From Squalus acanthias (taxonomy: Eukaryota): 64,000 nt of DNA. The translations under genes were made by a program, and so were the position numbers. The notes beneath the pieces were generated by a model that worked only from the letters and a program-made list of their open reading frames with translations, was not told the origin of the DNA and did no database searches. The stretch covers positions 74,092,001-74,156,000 of the forward strand of contig CM059432.1 in assembly GCA_030390025.1 (NCBI GenBank), in the 5' to 3' direction. Position 1 is the first letter of the stretch. Every line of letters starts with the position of its first letter. Of the stretch, positions 12,356-24,580 are shown in pieces.

Positions 12356-14199
12356 AAGATATTTCCAAACTTATTTTTCACTGTTCAAAACTCCCAGGCA
12401 TAAAATGGAATGGCTTCCTTCAACCTTTATAAGAACCAAGAGCAATAAGTGAGCTGGAATTATGATAAAAGGGACAGATGTTGGGAAGGATATGTCGAGC
12501 CTACACTGAACTGTGGCCGAGTAATCTGGAGAGGGAGTCAATCACCTGTTGGACTTGTCTATTTGCTAAGGCTCTGAGGACCTGTATCAAGTAGCTGGTG
12601 ATGAGCAAGTCTGATTCTTGGCACTGGACTTAAACATCTTGAGCCATAGGGAGCTGGCATGTCACATAGTGCCCTGTATTGGTACCTTCCATCACACTGA
12701 AGGCTGATATCCACCATAAAGCAGGTGATGAAACACCTCTTAGGACAAGTTCCTGGAAGGCATTACCTAGATGTTGGATATGAGGACACGCGCCTATCTG
12801 GGGCTCAATTCATGATTGGGTTGTCTAGTTAAGTTGCTGTTGAAATTCTACACCTCCAACTCGAACACCATTCAATGGCATTTAACATTTCTGTGCTGTG
12901 GTCAGGAAGATGGTGGCAATGGACTGTTACTTTTTGAGAGTTATGCTGTTCACCATACCTCTGCTGATGCGTTCCTGGCATATGCTGTCGACCTAGCAAG
13001 AGCTCAAGCCTGTGGTCTCCAGTTGCTAATGACCAGTTAGTGACTATCCTTTTGGTAAAGTGGGGAGAGGGGGTGCAGTGGTAAGCAGGGACTGTGGGCT
13101 TGAGTTGGCTCCCAGATTGCATGTTTTGGATTGACTCAATTCCAATCTTCAATGTTGATGATCTGATACCTAAAGCAGGCAGCTCCACAGCACTCCAGGA
13201 TAGAGGACTGACCAGGCAGTGTGGCACATTAATGGGATCTAGAAAGGTACAACTGCCACCAAGTGCTGGGATTTTTCTCACTCCACTCCAAATAACCCTG
13301 CAAGCAGGGGAAGTTTACCACTCTGCAGGTATGTTGTATGTTTTTAGCTGGTTAAACTCCAGCAGTATCACTGTGCACACTTGGCTTTTTGTCAATCTGT
13401 ACCTCTGGACTTCAGTAAGTGGGGTGTGTCCCTACAGGAAGCAAGTGTGCACTCCACATAGGGCAAATAAGTTTTACCAATGTGTATTTCCTAGTAACTT
13501 GGTTTGGAGACTCGACCATGATGAATTTCAACCTGTGTCAGACAAAGCTTTGCAGATGTGTGTATATATAATTGGACCACAATTTGCATATGCATAATTG
13601 TGTGAAATAAAGTGATCCTAAAATCCTTATGAAAGCTTGGTATACAAATAGGAAATGGAAAAATTGGAGGGGAGGGGGGGTAAATTATTATACAATGGTG
13701 AAAATCAGGTCAGATGACCCAAAAATAGCATACACAGGGTGGGTTGCCTGGACATTGGGTATGCTTATGCCCTTTAAAAAAAAAGACAATTATTACAATA
13801 AATGAAAAAAGTACAAATAAATAATAATGGGCACAAAGTTAATATAAAATAGCCAATTCAAAGTCACAGAATACTGTGACGGCACAGAAGGCAGAAATAA
13901 ATTGGGAGTGAAGGCCCACCTGAACAAAGCAAATTCCAAGAAAGGAATAAAATTCAAGCCTCAGGCTCTCACATCGGGGCCATAAATTATTGGCAAGATT
14001 TTCAACTGGACATGGGCAATTTTGTGTGTAGGTTTAAAGATGCTTTTTGTAACTCATAAATTTTTATGTTTGTAATATATTTTAGGTGTATATGCTGGCC
14101 TGGGTGAGTAAGCAAAATGTCTACTCAAAAAATAAAAATTTTGAGCAATTTGAATGTTGCCAGTGGTTGGTTGGTGTTTCTTTACAGATCTGTTCATTT

Positions 14200-15195
14200 T
14201 CTTTTGGCAAGGCTGCATTTATTGTCCATCCCTAGTTGCCCTGAGGTGATGGTGATGGTAGGCTTTCTCCTTGAACCACTGCAGTCCTTGTGGTAATCAT
14301 GCTACCACATTTAGGGATTTCCAGAATATTGACTTAGGACGTATATTTCCATTCCTTCACCGTCACTAAGTCAAGACAGTGAGACTGATGGGGGTAGCTT
14401 GGAGGTGGTGGTGTTCCCACAACCTTGCTGCTCTCTTTCTTGATGATAGATGTTGTGGGGGAAGGAGTTGCTGTCAAAACGACCTGGTGAGTTGCTACAG
14501 TGCATCCTGTAGAATGCATGTACTGAAGCCACATCGCTGGTGGTGGAGGGAATGGTATTTTTTAGTTCAGTCACAGATGCACCAATAAAGAAAACTGCTC
14601 TGTCCTGGGCGTTGTCCAACTTGTGTTGTTGCAGCTGCACCCATCCAGGTGAGCGGTGAATATTCCATTACGCTCCTGATTTTAGCTTTGTAGATGGCCG
14701 AGAGGATTTGAGAGCTCAGGAGGTGAACCGCTCGTCACAGAATACTGAGCTCTGCCTGCTCTTGTAACCATGGTGTTGATGAAGCTGGTCCGATTTCAGC
14801 ATCTGGCCAATGATGACCTCCAGATGCTGATGGTGGAGGACTCTGTGATTGATTGGTGGTGCTGTTAAAGGTCAAGGTGAGATGGCTGGGCTTCCTTTTG
14901 TTGGAGATGGTTACTGCCTTACACATAATGTGATGCAAATGCTATCTGTCACTTATCGGCCCAAGCTTGCAAGTTGTCCAGATCCTGTTGTAGGCCTGGC
15001 ATAGGCTGCTCCATTATCAGGAATTGTGAATGGAGCTGAACATGAATTAGCAGTGAACAGCCCCACTCCTGACCTCAATGACAGGGAAGGTCATTGATAA
15101 AGCAGCTAAAAATGGTTGGGCAGAAGATGCTTCCTTAAGTAACTCCTGCAGTGATAATTAGCCTCTGACAACCACAACCATCATCCTTTGCGTTG
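14200..15195 (-). mobile_element. LINE 3' fragment, same family as 35045-37542
   Basis: The reverse complement matches the 3' end of the 35-37.5 kb element (YRMHCSNSP motif, shared tail). Confidence 0.85.
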
Positions 15196-15209
15196 GGTAT
15201 GTCTCGTCT

Positions 15210-15510
15210 GTAGAGAAATGCAGCAGTCAAGTTGCACAGTAAGGTCCACAAACACAAAATGAACAATTGCTTGATAATCTGTATTGGTGGTTTTGGTTCA
15301 GGGAGAAATGCTGGTTGAAACACCAGGAGAACACCCTGCTCTTAAGTAGTGCCATGGGATCTTTTTCATCCATCTAAGAATGCAGTTGGGAATCTCAGCT
15401 CCATGTGTCTTCCAAAAGATGGCATTTCCAACAAAGCAATACACCCTCAGTTCTGCACTGAAGTGTCAGCCTAGATTATGTGCTGAAGTAAAGGAAGGAA
15501 CCTGAACAAA
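15210..15510 (-). mobile_element. DeuSINE (SacSINE1/AmnSINE-like), degraded
   Basis: Deu-domain-like 'agtgccatgggatctttt' and 'ctgcactgaagtgtcagcctagattatgtgct'. Confidence 0.75.
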
Positions 15511-15689
15511 AATGGAAAAGATGAAAAAATGCATGTGTAATAACTAAAAAATCTACCCAAATTAAGTGCAAAATATTTATAAACTAATGATGTTAAATGA
15601 GATACTAAAAGTAAATCCTTTGAATATTTAAGCCTATTAACCATGTTGGGAGCTTTTCACAATAATTACCATTGAGTAGAGAAATTCTG

Positions 15690-16560
15690 ATGAAAATGAG
15701 ACCTAAAAAGAGGTATATGGCAAATCAAACAGAATACAGAAAATAGAGAAGGGAAGCAATAAAGATTCGAAAGATTGAGAAGGTAGAGGGTATGAGCAAA
15801 GACAGGCTGGTAACATAAAGGAAAATGGTAAAAGACTTTATGGAACACACAGTGATATTGTTAAATTAGAGATGAAGAAGGATGGCAGCGATAATGAGTA
15901 ATTATCCTCAGTTTTCAGCATATGAATGAATGGGTTCAAAAGGAGGTGGAGCATTTAGATAGGGAATCAGTACTAAAAAAAACTAGTGGAAATTAAAATT
16001 CCAAAGGCCCCAATGGTATGCATCCTGAAATGCTGAGGGAAGTCAGAGGAGCTCCGACCACAATCTTTCAAACATCTTTAGATATGAAAGTTGTGCCAGA
16101 GGGCTGGAGGTTTGCCAATATAACGCCACTGTTCATAAAGGAAGAAAGGGATAAACCAGGTAATTACCGACCACTCGGCCTAACGTCAGTAGTGGGTAAG
16201 ATTATAGAGACCATAATATGGAATTAAATTAATCCCTACTTAGACATGGAGTAATTAAGAACTGCTAGCATGGATTTGTAAAATACAAGTTGTGTCTGGC
16301 AAATTTAATATAGTTCTTTGAGGAAATAAGAATGTATTGATAAAGGAAATATAGTGAATGTTGTGTATATGAATTTTCAAAATGCATTTGATAAGGTGCC
16401 ACATAGGAAACTTGTTGATACAATTAAAGCATATGGTATTAAAGGGAAGGTGGCAGCATGGATAAAAGGTTAATTAAAGGACAGAAAACAATAGTTTTTT
16501 TTGCACTGGAGGGATATAAAGTGGTGCAGTCTTGGGGCCATAGCTCTCTTTAATCTATAT
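15690..16560 (+). mobile_element. CR1 LINE internal fragment
   Basis: MHPEMLREV...WRFANITPLFIKEERDKPGNYRPLGLTSVVGK, plus 'ttttcaaaatgcatttgataaggtgccaca'. Confidence 0.85.
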
Positions 16561-16920
16561 TGTATTTAAAAAAAAAAAAAAAAAAATCTGCACACACTTT
16601 TGGCCTGCAAATTCTGACTTCCTGTTGGAATGTTTTTTTCACCCTTTTGTGTTGACTTTTTTCATTATAGATTCCTACGTCCACATTGATATTGGAAATT
16701 GTCTATGTAAACTTGTCGCCATACATTTACACACTTCCATCAGAGGTGGCACTGCTGCACCTATTTTGCATCTCCTGCCTCCTCAGTCGAGCTACTCCTA
16801 TGCTCTAACCCGTGCTTCCCAAATTGCTATTTTACTATCTAGCTATAAATAATATGAAAGTGTGTAAAAATAAGGAGAGAATGTATGACTTTAAAATAGG
16901 AACTGAATTTGTATTATATA

Positions 16921-17647
16921 CAGTGAAAGCTGTAAATTAGGGACACCTAAGGGACTTGCAGCAGGCTTCCTTTTTATTTTTGCAGGTGTCCTATTTTCAA
17001 AATGGTCATTGTTTTTAAAAAAAAATTGTCCTAACAATCTTGAAGAATCAGCTGAGATTATGATCAGCACCTAAACAGCTTCAACAATGCTAAGAGCTTG
17101 TGATTGGAAGCAGATATAACAAAACTGATGTTGCAAGTACAGTACCTATACAATGGAACCTGTTACTAGCGACATTCTCTGAAGACATACAATCGTACCA
17201 CATGGGGTTGGGTGCTTGTGCATCTTCTGAGTTTGTGTGGGGTTGGGTGCGGTGCATCTTCTACGTCCACGTGGGGGCAGATGCGTGCACATTTTCTGGC
17301 ATATGTTGTCAACAAGGTTGCTTTTGTAATTGGGGACAGCGGCTGTAGGGGTGATTCAAACCCCAGATAATGGTATGGCCAAAAAGAAATCTAGTAATAA
17401 TCCATAGGTCATAATCTTCAGACTCCGATATAGTACGTACTTTGAACATTTTAAAGTGTGACGTCAGGCTGTGTCCCGTCCCACGTTTGAAGTTGTAAAA
17501 GGGCTTGGTGCATTGAAGGCTGTCCATAGTTCATAATTTGCGAGTGTCCGCAGTTTCAAAGTGCCACTTGTATAACTTACAATGCAAGTTATTTGGGTGT
17601 CTCTAAGTGTCCGTTTCTTGGAGTGTCCGTTTATACAGGTTTCACTA
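16921..17647. mobile_element. Old Tc1/mariner (Tigger/pogo-like) internally deleted DNA transposon
   Basis: TA|CAGTGAAAGCTGTAAATTAGGGACAC at the left and GTGTCCGTTTATACAGGTTTCACTA at the right form imperfect ~25-bp TIRs. Subterminal GGACAC/GTGTCC repeats. Confidence 0.7.
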
Positions 17648-17684
17648 CCTATATTTTATTAAAAACCTTGCATCTGTTCATCCT

Positions 17685-18790
17685 AGAATCATAGAATGTA
17701 CAGCACAGAAGGAGGTTATTTGGCCCATTGTACCTATGTCGGCTTTTTGAAAGAGCTATTCAATTAGTCCCACTCCCCTACTCTTTCCCAATTTTTGTCC
17801 TGGATTAATGTCTTTAAAAATTTCCCCACCACTAACGCTAGGCTGATTGGCCTGTAATTGCCGGGTTTACCCCTCTTTTTTTTAAACAGGGGTGTAACAT
17901 TTGCAATCCTCCAGGCCAGGATTGGAAGATTGTGGTCAGAGGCTCTGCAATTTCCACCCTCACTTCCCTCAGCAACCTAGGATGCATCCTCTGCAGACTG
18001 GGTGACTTTTCTACCTTGAGCGCTGCCAACCTTAAGTGACTGACTCCTTTTTATCCTATCCAATTTCTCTACTACCTCCTCCTTTACTGTGACATTGGCA
18101 GCATCCTCTTTTTTAGTGAAGGCAGATGCAAAGTACTCATTCAGTACCTCAGTAATGGCTTCTGCCTCCATAAGATCACTTTTTTTAGATCCCTAATCAG
18201 CCCCACCCTTCCTTTGACTACCCTTTTACTATTTATATGTTTATAAAGAGATTTTTGGGTTCCCTTTTATGTTACCTGCTAATCTATTCTCATGCACTTT
18301 TTGTCCTTATTTCCTTTTTCAGTTCTCCCCTGTACTTTTTATATTCAGCTTGGTTCGCTACTGAATTATGAACCTGACATTTATCATCAGCTTTTTTTTT
18401 GTTTCATTTTAATCTCTACTACAACTAAAACAACTTGTATTTATATAGGGCCTTTAATGTAGTAAAACGTCCCAAGATGCTTCACCGGAGCTTTATCAAA
18501 CAAAACTTGACACCGAGCCACATGAGATATTCGAGATGGTCAAAGAGGTAGGTTTTAAGGAGCGTCTCTAGCTTTGGATGTCCTTTCTTTCCCCCTTGTT
18601 GGAATGTGTCTAGTCTGTACCTGAACTATCTTCTCTGAAGGCCTCACAATTTACTGTTTTACCTGCCAATCTTTGATTCCAATCCACCTGGGCCAGATCC
18701 ATTTTCAACGCACTAAAATTAGCCCACTTCCAGTTGAATATTTTCACATTTTGATTTTTTTCTTGTCCTTTTCCATAACTACTTGGTTCA
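17685..18790 (-). mobile_element. CR1 LINE with internal deletion and a short L2 tail inserted at ~18420-18567
   Basis: LNEYFASAFTK, MHPRLLREV and FNWKWANF on the minus strand. CR1 tail at 17685-17790. Confidence 0.85.
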
Positions 18791-19642
18791 ATTATTCCCC
18801 CAGCCTCTAACTCCATTTCACCTGAAGACTACACTTGATCTTCACTCTGTGAAACTTCGAGAGATTGACTTTATAAATAATCTGGATATCGATATGGGAG
18901 CATATGAAAATTCACTGACACACAAATGGCGGCATGAAAAGGACTTGAGCATGTTAAGGGGTAACCTCACAAATGTCTTCAAAATTACAAAGGGTTATGA
19001 TCAGGTAAACATCGATAGATTGCTTCCACTGTTTAACAAAGTATTGCCGTAAGAATTTCTACAAAGACTAAGCTAATAGTCGGGCCCAATATTAGTGGCA
19101 CAATCTACATGAAATATTACTGGAGTGTAATACAACAGTTTTGTGAAACTTGGCCTTGGAAGAGACTAGTGCACTGCATCACTGCAGCCAACTTTTTACT
19201 TATTTTTTGGGATTGAAAAATACCTCCTTGACTAGTGTACCTACATTCAATTTTGAATGATTGAAAAGTAGTTGACTATCTTTTTATATCTGTAGATGCA
19301 TTTGTGTGCATATGTAGAGGAGCTCTGCCTTCCCCCACTTTGCATCAATTGGTATGGGCAAAATAATTGAGGCTGCCTACTCTTTTGTTTAAAAATGCAT
19401 TCAATTTTGCACCAGATAACTGCAGGTTAAAAAATGGACAGATATTTTAAGTAGCAATCCCGCTGAAATGGTGTGATTGAGTACTGTGCAAAACCCACCA
19501 CTTTCATTCCTATTTGTTCGTCTAACTAGGAGTTTTGAAGCATAAAACATGGTAACAAGGGATAAATGAGACACATGAACTGGAGTATCTTTCATTGTTA
19601 TAGTTAGGATAATGTGATAATTTGAGTGTGTTTACTCTAATG

Positions 19643-20045
19643 CGAAGATGGCTCAGTTGGTAAATTTGCTGTCCAATGTAAAACTGTGCCAAGACAACCA
19701 GCAAGGTACCGGGTTCGATTCCTGGTATGCACGGAGTTAGCTGATCTTAGTCTGGCCAGCAGTAGGGGTGCTATTGGCCTCAGTGCCCCGGGTTATGGAG
19801 GGTTAAAATCAACCAAAGTTCCAAGTTCTGATTATGAAGTGCATGTGTATGGACATCAGGTGATTGCGTACACCTGAACTAAGTTGTGATATCCACCCCC
19901 CCCCCCCCCCCCCCCCATTTGAATACACTGCCAATGCTTACTTTTTAGATTCACAGATGATTAATGGCGACTTGGATGGGGTACCAGAGGACAGCGAGGA
20001 ATTGTGATCCAATCTGAGTCAATCGGAGACAAGGAATTAAAAAAA
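19643..20045 (+). mobile_element. Ancient tRNA-derived SINE, near full length
   Basis: A box TGGCTCAGTTGG 19649-19660, B box GGGTTCGATTCC 19711-19722, A-rich end. Related copies occur elsewhere in the window. Confidence 0.75.
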
Positions 20046-20283
20046 TATATATATATATGCTGAACCGCTTTTGATTTGCTAAGTTTGTTCTGGAAGCATA
20101 TGCTTTTACCACATTGGTTTGCTCCCTTGGCCAACTGAACCACTATTTTAAAATAGTTTTTGTAATATCTATCAAAACCAGGTTCTCCCTGGAAACTACT
20201 CCAAAAAACCAGAATTATAATTAATTAGTTGCAGCACCTAAAGTCAGGACTGGGGGAAGTAGAAGTGTAGTTAGTGATTTAAT

Positions 20284-21460
20284 GTGTCAGCCTTGGTTCA
20301 GTGAGTAACTCGCCTGAGTCCGATCATAAGTTCAAGCTCCACTCGAGACTTCCAAGGTCCTAATAGCCCTCTCAGGTGGACACAAGATCCCAATGCATTA
20401 TTCAACAACAACTTGTATTTATATAGCACCTTTAACATAGTAAAATGTTCCAAGGTGCTTCACAGGAGTATTATCAAACAAAATTTGACACCGAGCCACA
20501 TAAGGAGGTATTAAGGCAGATGTCCAAAAGTTTGGTCAAAGAGGTAGGTTTTAAGGAGCGTCTTAAAGGAAGAAAGAGAAGTAGAGGCAGAGAGACTTAG
20601 GGAGGGAATTCCAGAGCTTAGGGCCTTGGCAGCTGAAGGCATGCCCGCCAATGGTGGAGCGTTTTAAAATCGGGGATGCTCGAGGCCAGAATTGGAGAAA
20701 CACAGATAACTTGGAGGGTTGTGGAGCTGGAGGAGATTGCAGGGATGAGATGGGGTGAGACCATGGAGGGATTTGAAAACCAGGATGAGAATACTAAAAT
20801 TGAAGGCATGGATGAGAGTTTAAGCAACAGATGTTCCAGAGATGGAAACAGGCGGTCTTAGTGATGGTGTGGATATGTGGCCAAAAGCTTGTCTCAAGGT
20901 CAAATATGACACCAAGGTTGCGAACAGTCTGGTTCAACCTCAGTTGCCAGGGAGAGGGATGGTGTCGGAAACTAGAGAATGGAGTTTGTGGTGGGGACTG
21001 AAGAAAACGAGTTGGAGGAAATTTTTGCTCATCCAGTACTGGATGTTGGACAAGCAGTCTGATAATTCAGACAGTGGAGGGGTCGAGAGAGGTGGTGGTG
21101 AGGTAGAGCTGGGTGGTGTTAGTGTACATGTGGAAACTGATTGTGTTTTTGAATGATATTGCTAAGGGGTAGCACTTTTTCTCACAAAGGGTAGTGGAAA
21201 TCTGAAGGCTGTGGATATTGGATCAATTGAAATTTTCAAGACAGATTGATTTTTTTTTGTTGGGTATGCGTATCCAGGGATATGGAACAAAGGCAGGTTA
21301 AATAGAATGGAGGTACAGAACAGCCATAATCTAATTGGTGGAACCGGCTTGGAGTTGAATGGCCTACTCCTGTTCATACGTTTAGACATAATTAATTGAC
21401 TAAAGTGCGCTGGGACGTCCTGAGTTTGTGAAAGGCACTTTATAATTGCAGGTTCTTCCT
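20284..21460. mobile_element. Nested cluster: DeuSINE head (20284-20403, +), L2 LINE (20404-21170, -), CR1 tail (21171-21388, +), DeuSINE tail (21389-21460, +)
   Basis: Deu 'gccctctcaggtggacacaagatccca'. The L2 part is the reverse complement of 6850-7815 and has a (caa)n tail. CR1 'gaatggcctactcctgttc'. Tail 'gctgggacgtcctgag...gtgaaaggcac'. Confidence 0.8.
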
Positions 21461-23949
21461 TTTTTCTTTCTATTAATATGGGTAGATAAAAGTGATAGCA
21501 TCCTCTTTTAGACTTTTCCTACCACTTACCTTGAATATATTGTGCAGCAAGCCTCTATACAAAGGACAAAGCATCTTTTTTTTCTTTGTTCCTTTTACTG
21601 CAGAGGACTTGCAGAGGAATTTGAAAATGTAACAGCAGTATGGTTTTGGTGATTTTTTTAAATTACTTTACCATATCACTTCCATAGTATCCCACTTCAA
21701 GTTCTGAACAGCAGTTGTGCTGTATATGAATCGTGCCTGTAAACAGCATATCCCCTCCAAATAAGCCAGTGATTTTTTTCAATTGCAAAACATGATGAAT
21801 TAGCCTCAATACCTGTTGCTGTTTGTAAACTGACAACAACTGTTGCGGCTCTTCTCCCACCAGTGCTAAAGTACTATTTTATACCTGCTTATGGATGTCC
21901 GATGCTCATGTTAATTCAGATGCTCCTGACATCTATTTGAAATACTAAATATCGCAAACTCTGCTGACCTTTCATACCTCAGTCTTTGTTCCGAGACTGA
22001 ACCAACTGCGATTCCTTACTATGAAATAGACTACTTCTGATTTCGTATTCAAATTATGAATGTTACCGATCTGACATAACTCCACCGTGCAAATGTTGGA
22101 TCTGAGAGGGTCGAGATGAGCAATGAACTAGACACCTGGCAGCGTGAAGGATCCTTTTATTAGAGTGGGTTTGAGACTGCGTTAGCCAGATTATGGAAAA
22201 GGTTCCTAGCATTATCATTGTTCAAACAATGATTATAGATGGTGATTTGGCTCGTGAGAAAATACCAGAGTTTCTACCTTTTCTTGTTACAAGGGAAAAG
22301 AGTGAATGTGCTATTATGACCTAATGATTCTTTGGTGCTGGAAGCAGCACTGCAAAAGGAGGCCCATTTTTACTAATGTGTGTTAACTTGAGAAAACACT
22401 AACTGGAGAAGTACATTGCAGAGTTTTCTTCAGCTGAAGCAATACTGCAGGAAATTAACATTGGATTGAGTGTTGTCAAGCAAACATATCCTACTTATGC
22501 ATATAATACTTAATTATATCAGTGCAGGTAAAAATTGTTACTGGAACATCACCATTTCTATACAGAAAATTTTAAATTAGTTTGCATATGCACCATCATG
22601 CAATTTTAAAACTACCACTACTCAGCTTGTGTATAAATGGAAAGTACAGTTTGTAAATATATTGCTTCACATTGTTCATAAGTTAGTGATTTCACAAGAA
22701 CATATTTTGCTTATACATCATCTATTAAGTTTTCTGAGTGAGTTTAGAGTTACTACATAAGTTTATGCTTTCAGAATCCCCATAACGTTTTACATTGAGC
22801 AAAGAAAAAAACTGCTCCTTAAACTAAAAAGTGAAAGACTAGCGGTTACGACTATTTTATATTGCGCACACTTGGAAATGGCTGACCCAAGGCGTACCAT
22901 GCACCTGCTGTACAAAAGGTTATTGCACCTTGTGACTCGTTAACTTACGTCAAAAAGCTGAATTTGAAACCGATTCCGCGTCGGCTATTGCAGGACTGTC
23001 CACGGAAGAAGGCAATAGCAGATGGCGAAAATGTGCAGTCTGTACTTATTAAAAGGCAAACTTCGCCTGATGCAATTTTGATCACGCACATTTAATATAT
23101 AGTTTAAAAATCTACCTGTTTCATTTAATCTAACACTTGACTGTGCTGCGGCTCCTGCCGGTGCAACACAAAACAAAGCTGTGCGTGGCTGAGACTGCAC
23201 GCGGGGGGGAGACGAGTCCATTTTATTGTTCACTTGCGTCATTCAGGAGCCGAGACAAACAATGATAATTGCACAACACAATGGGGAGCGGTTTCAAATT
23301 AAATTGATTTTTTAAAGCACTACACGCAGCCATAAAAGCTTGGTTCAATTACAGTATGTATATAATTTTCCACGTAAGAAGGGTTCGCTAGTTGTTGGTT
23401 GAGTGATTGGTCTAACGGGGCTCTGCCTGCACCTCACACTTCAGGATCCCCTCACACTCTCATCTACGTAACATAACGGCGATGGCAGAATCCGGGCCTT
23501 TGTACGTGTAAACATACGTCAAGGCCGATTGGCTCCGATCCATCAGAGGCTCGCGTCAACCCAACCTTCACATTACTAACCGCTCATCCCATTGGTAAAC
23601 GTCAAACAAGACAACATTTCCTTTTTATTCCCCCTTTCCTGCGTTGTAAAACCGAAAGATAAAAAAAAATCTAAAAGTCTCGCGCCGGGAAAGAAAAGAA
23701 GCGAAAGCACTTTGCGCGATCGGCGGACGAGCCGCGCCGTTAAAAGTCGGAATCTTGACGTTTGAATTTTTTGCTCTTTCGGCCCCTTCCTTGCGTTCGT
23801 GGCCGCGTGCTCGGGTGGGGGAGGTGGACGTCCAATCCGGAGACGGCATAGAAATATGCAAATGAGATTCGTTGCCGTGAGTTATTGAGCACGTGAACGG
23901 GGAGTCGGGTGCGCGCACGCACAGTGGAGTGCGTTGCGGGGGGAGAGGA

Positions 23950-24229
23950 GGAGGAAAGCCGCGAGAACGCGCGGGGGAAGCCGGGGCTCCAACTTCTGGT
24001 GAGAGAGAAATAACACAAAGGAGTGAGTGAGTGAGGACAGGCGGCGAGCGAGAAGATTATCACAACTATAAAACACCAGTGAAGCGCCGCTGGGGAAAAG
24101 TCTATAATAAACCGTTTAAAAAAAAAATAAAGATAAAACAGAATTTTAATTAACGAAATTTAAAACGCACAAGAGCGAAAGAAGAGTGAGAAAAAAAACA
24201 ATTTAATAAAAAAAAGGAACACCAACAAA
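23950..24229 (+). other. CHD7: Probable CHD7 non-coding exon 1 (start approximate)
   Basis: Strong donor AAA|GTAAGT with GT at 24230-24231, just downstream of the promoter motif cluster. No ATG in 24000-24229. Vertebrate CHD7 has a non-coding first exon. Confidence 0.6.
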
Positions 24230-24453
24230 GTAAGTACGGAGAGAAAGTGTGTGAGAGTCGGCGTTTGGGTCGAGTTGGAGGAAATTTGACTGTAAATAAA
24301 CATGAAAGGACTGGGAGGAGGAGGTGGGGGCAGGCGGTCAGCGATTGCTAACTACCACTACTAGAGAGAGTGCGTTGCCGCTGGCAAAAGCAGCCATTAA
24401 CATTTCATTAATAGAGTAGCGCTGTCCTCATCACAGCCAGCAGTGAGTTTACT

Positions 24454-24580
24454 GTCTCTCTCTCTCTTGTAATAAATGAGTGTCGGCGCCCTGTCCTGTA
24501 TTTTGTGTGCTATGATTGTGGGTTTCGTGTAAGTTTCTCCTCTCTCTCTCTCTGTCTCTCGCTGTGTATCTGTGTGTGGT
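24454..24580. repeat. (CT)n and (TG)n microsatellite patches in proximal intron 1
   Basis: tctctctctctctt at ~24454 and ctctctctctctctgtctctc...tgtgtgtg at 24538-24578. Confidence 0.7.

Noticed and set aside
12400..13600. 150-aa and 167-aa ORFs as novel genes
   Set aside because: No recognisable domain or splice support. The region looks like a heavily decayed LINE (possibly Tx1/L1), too degraded to call.
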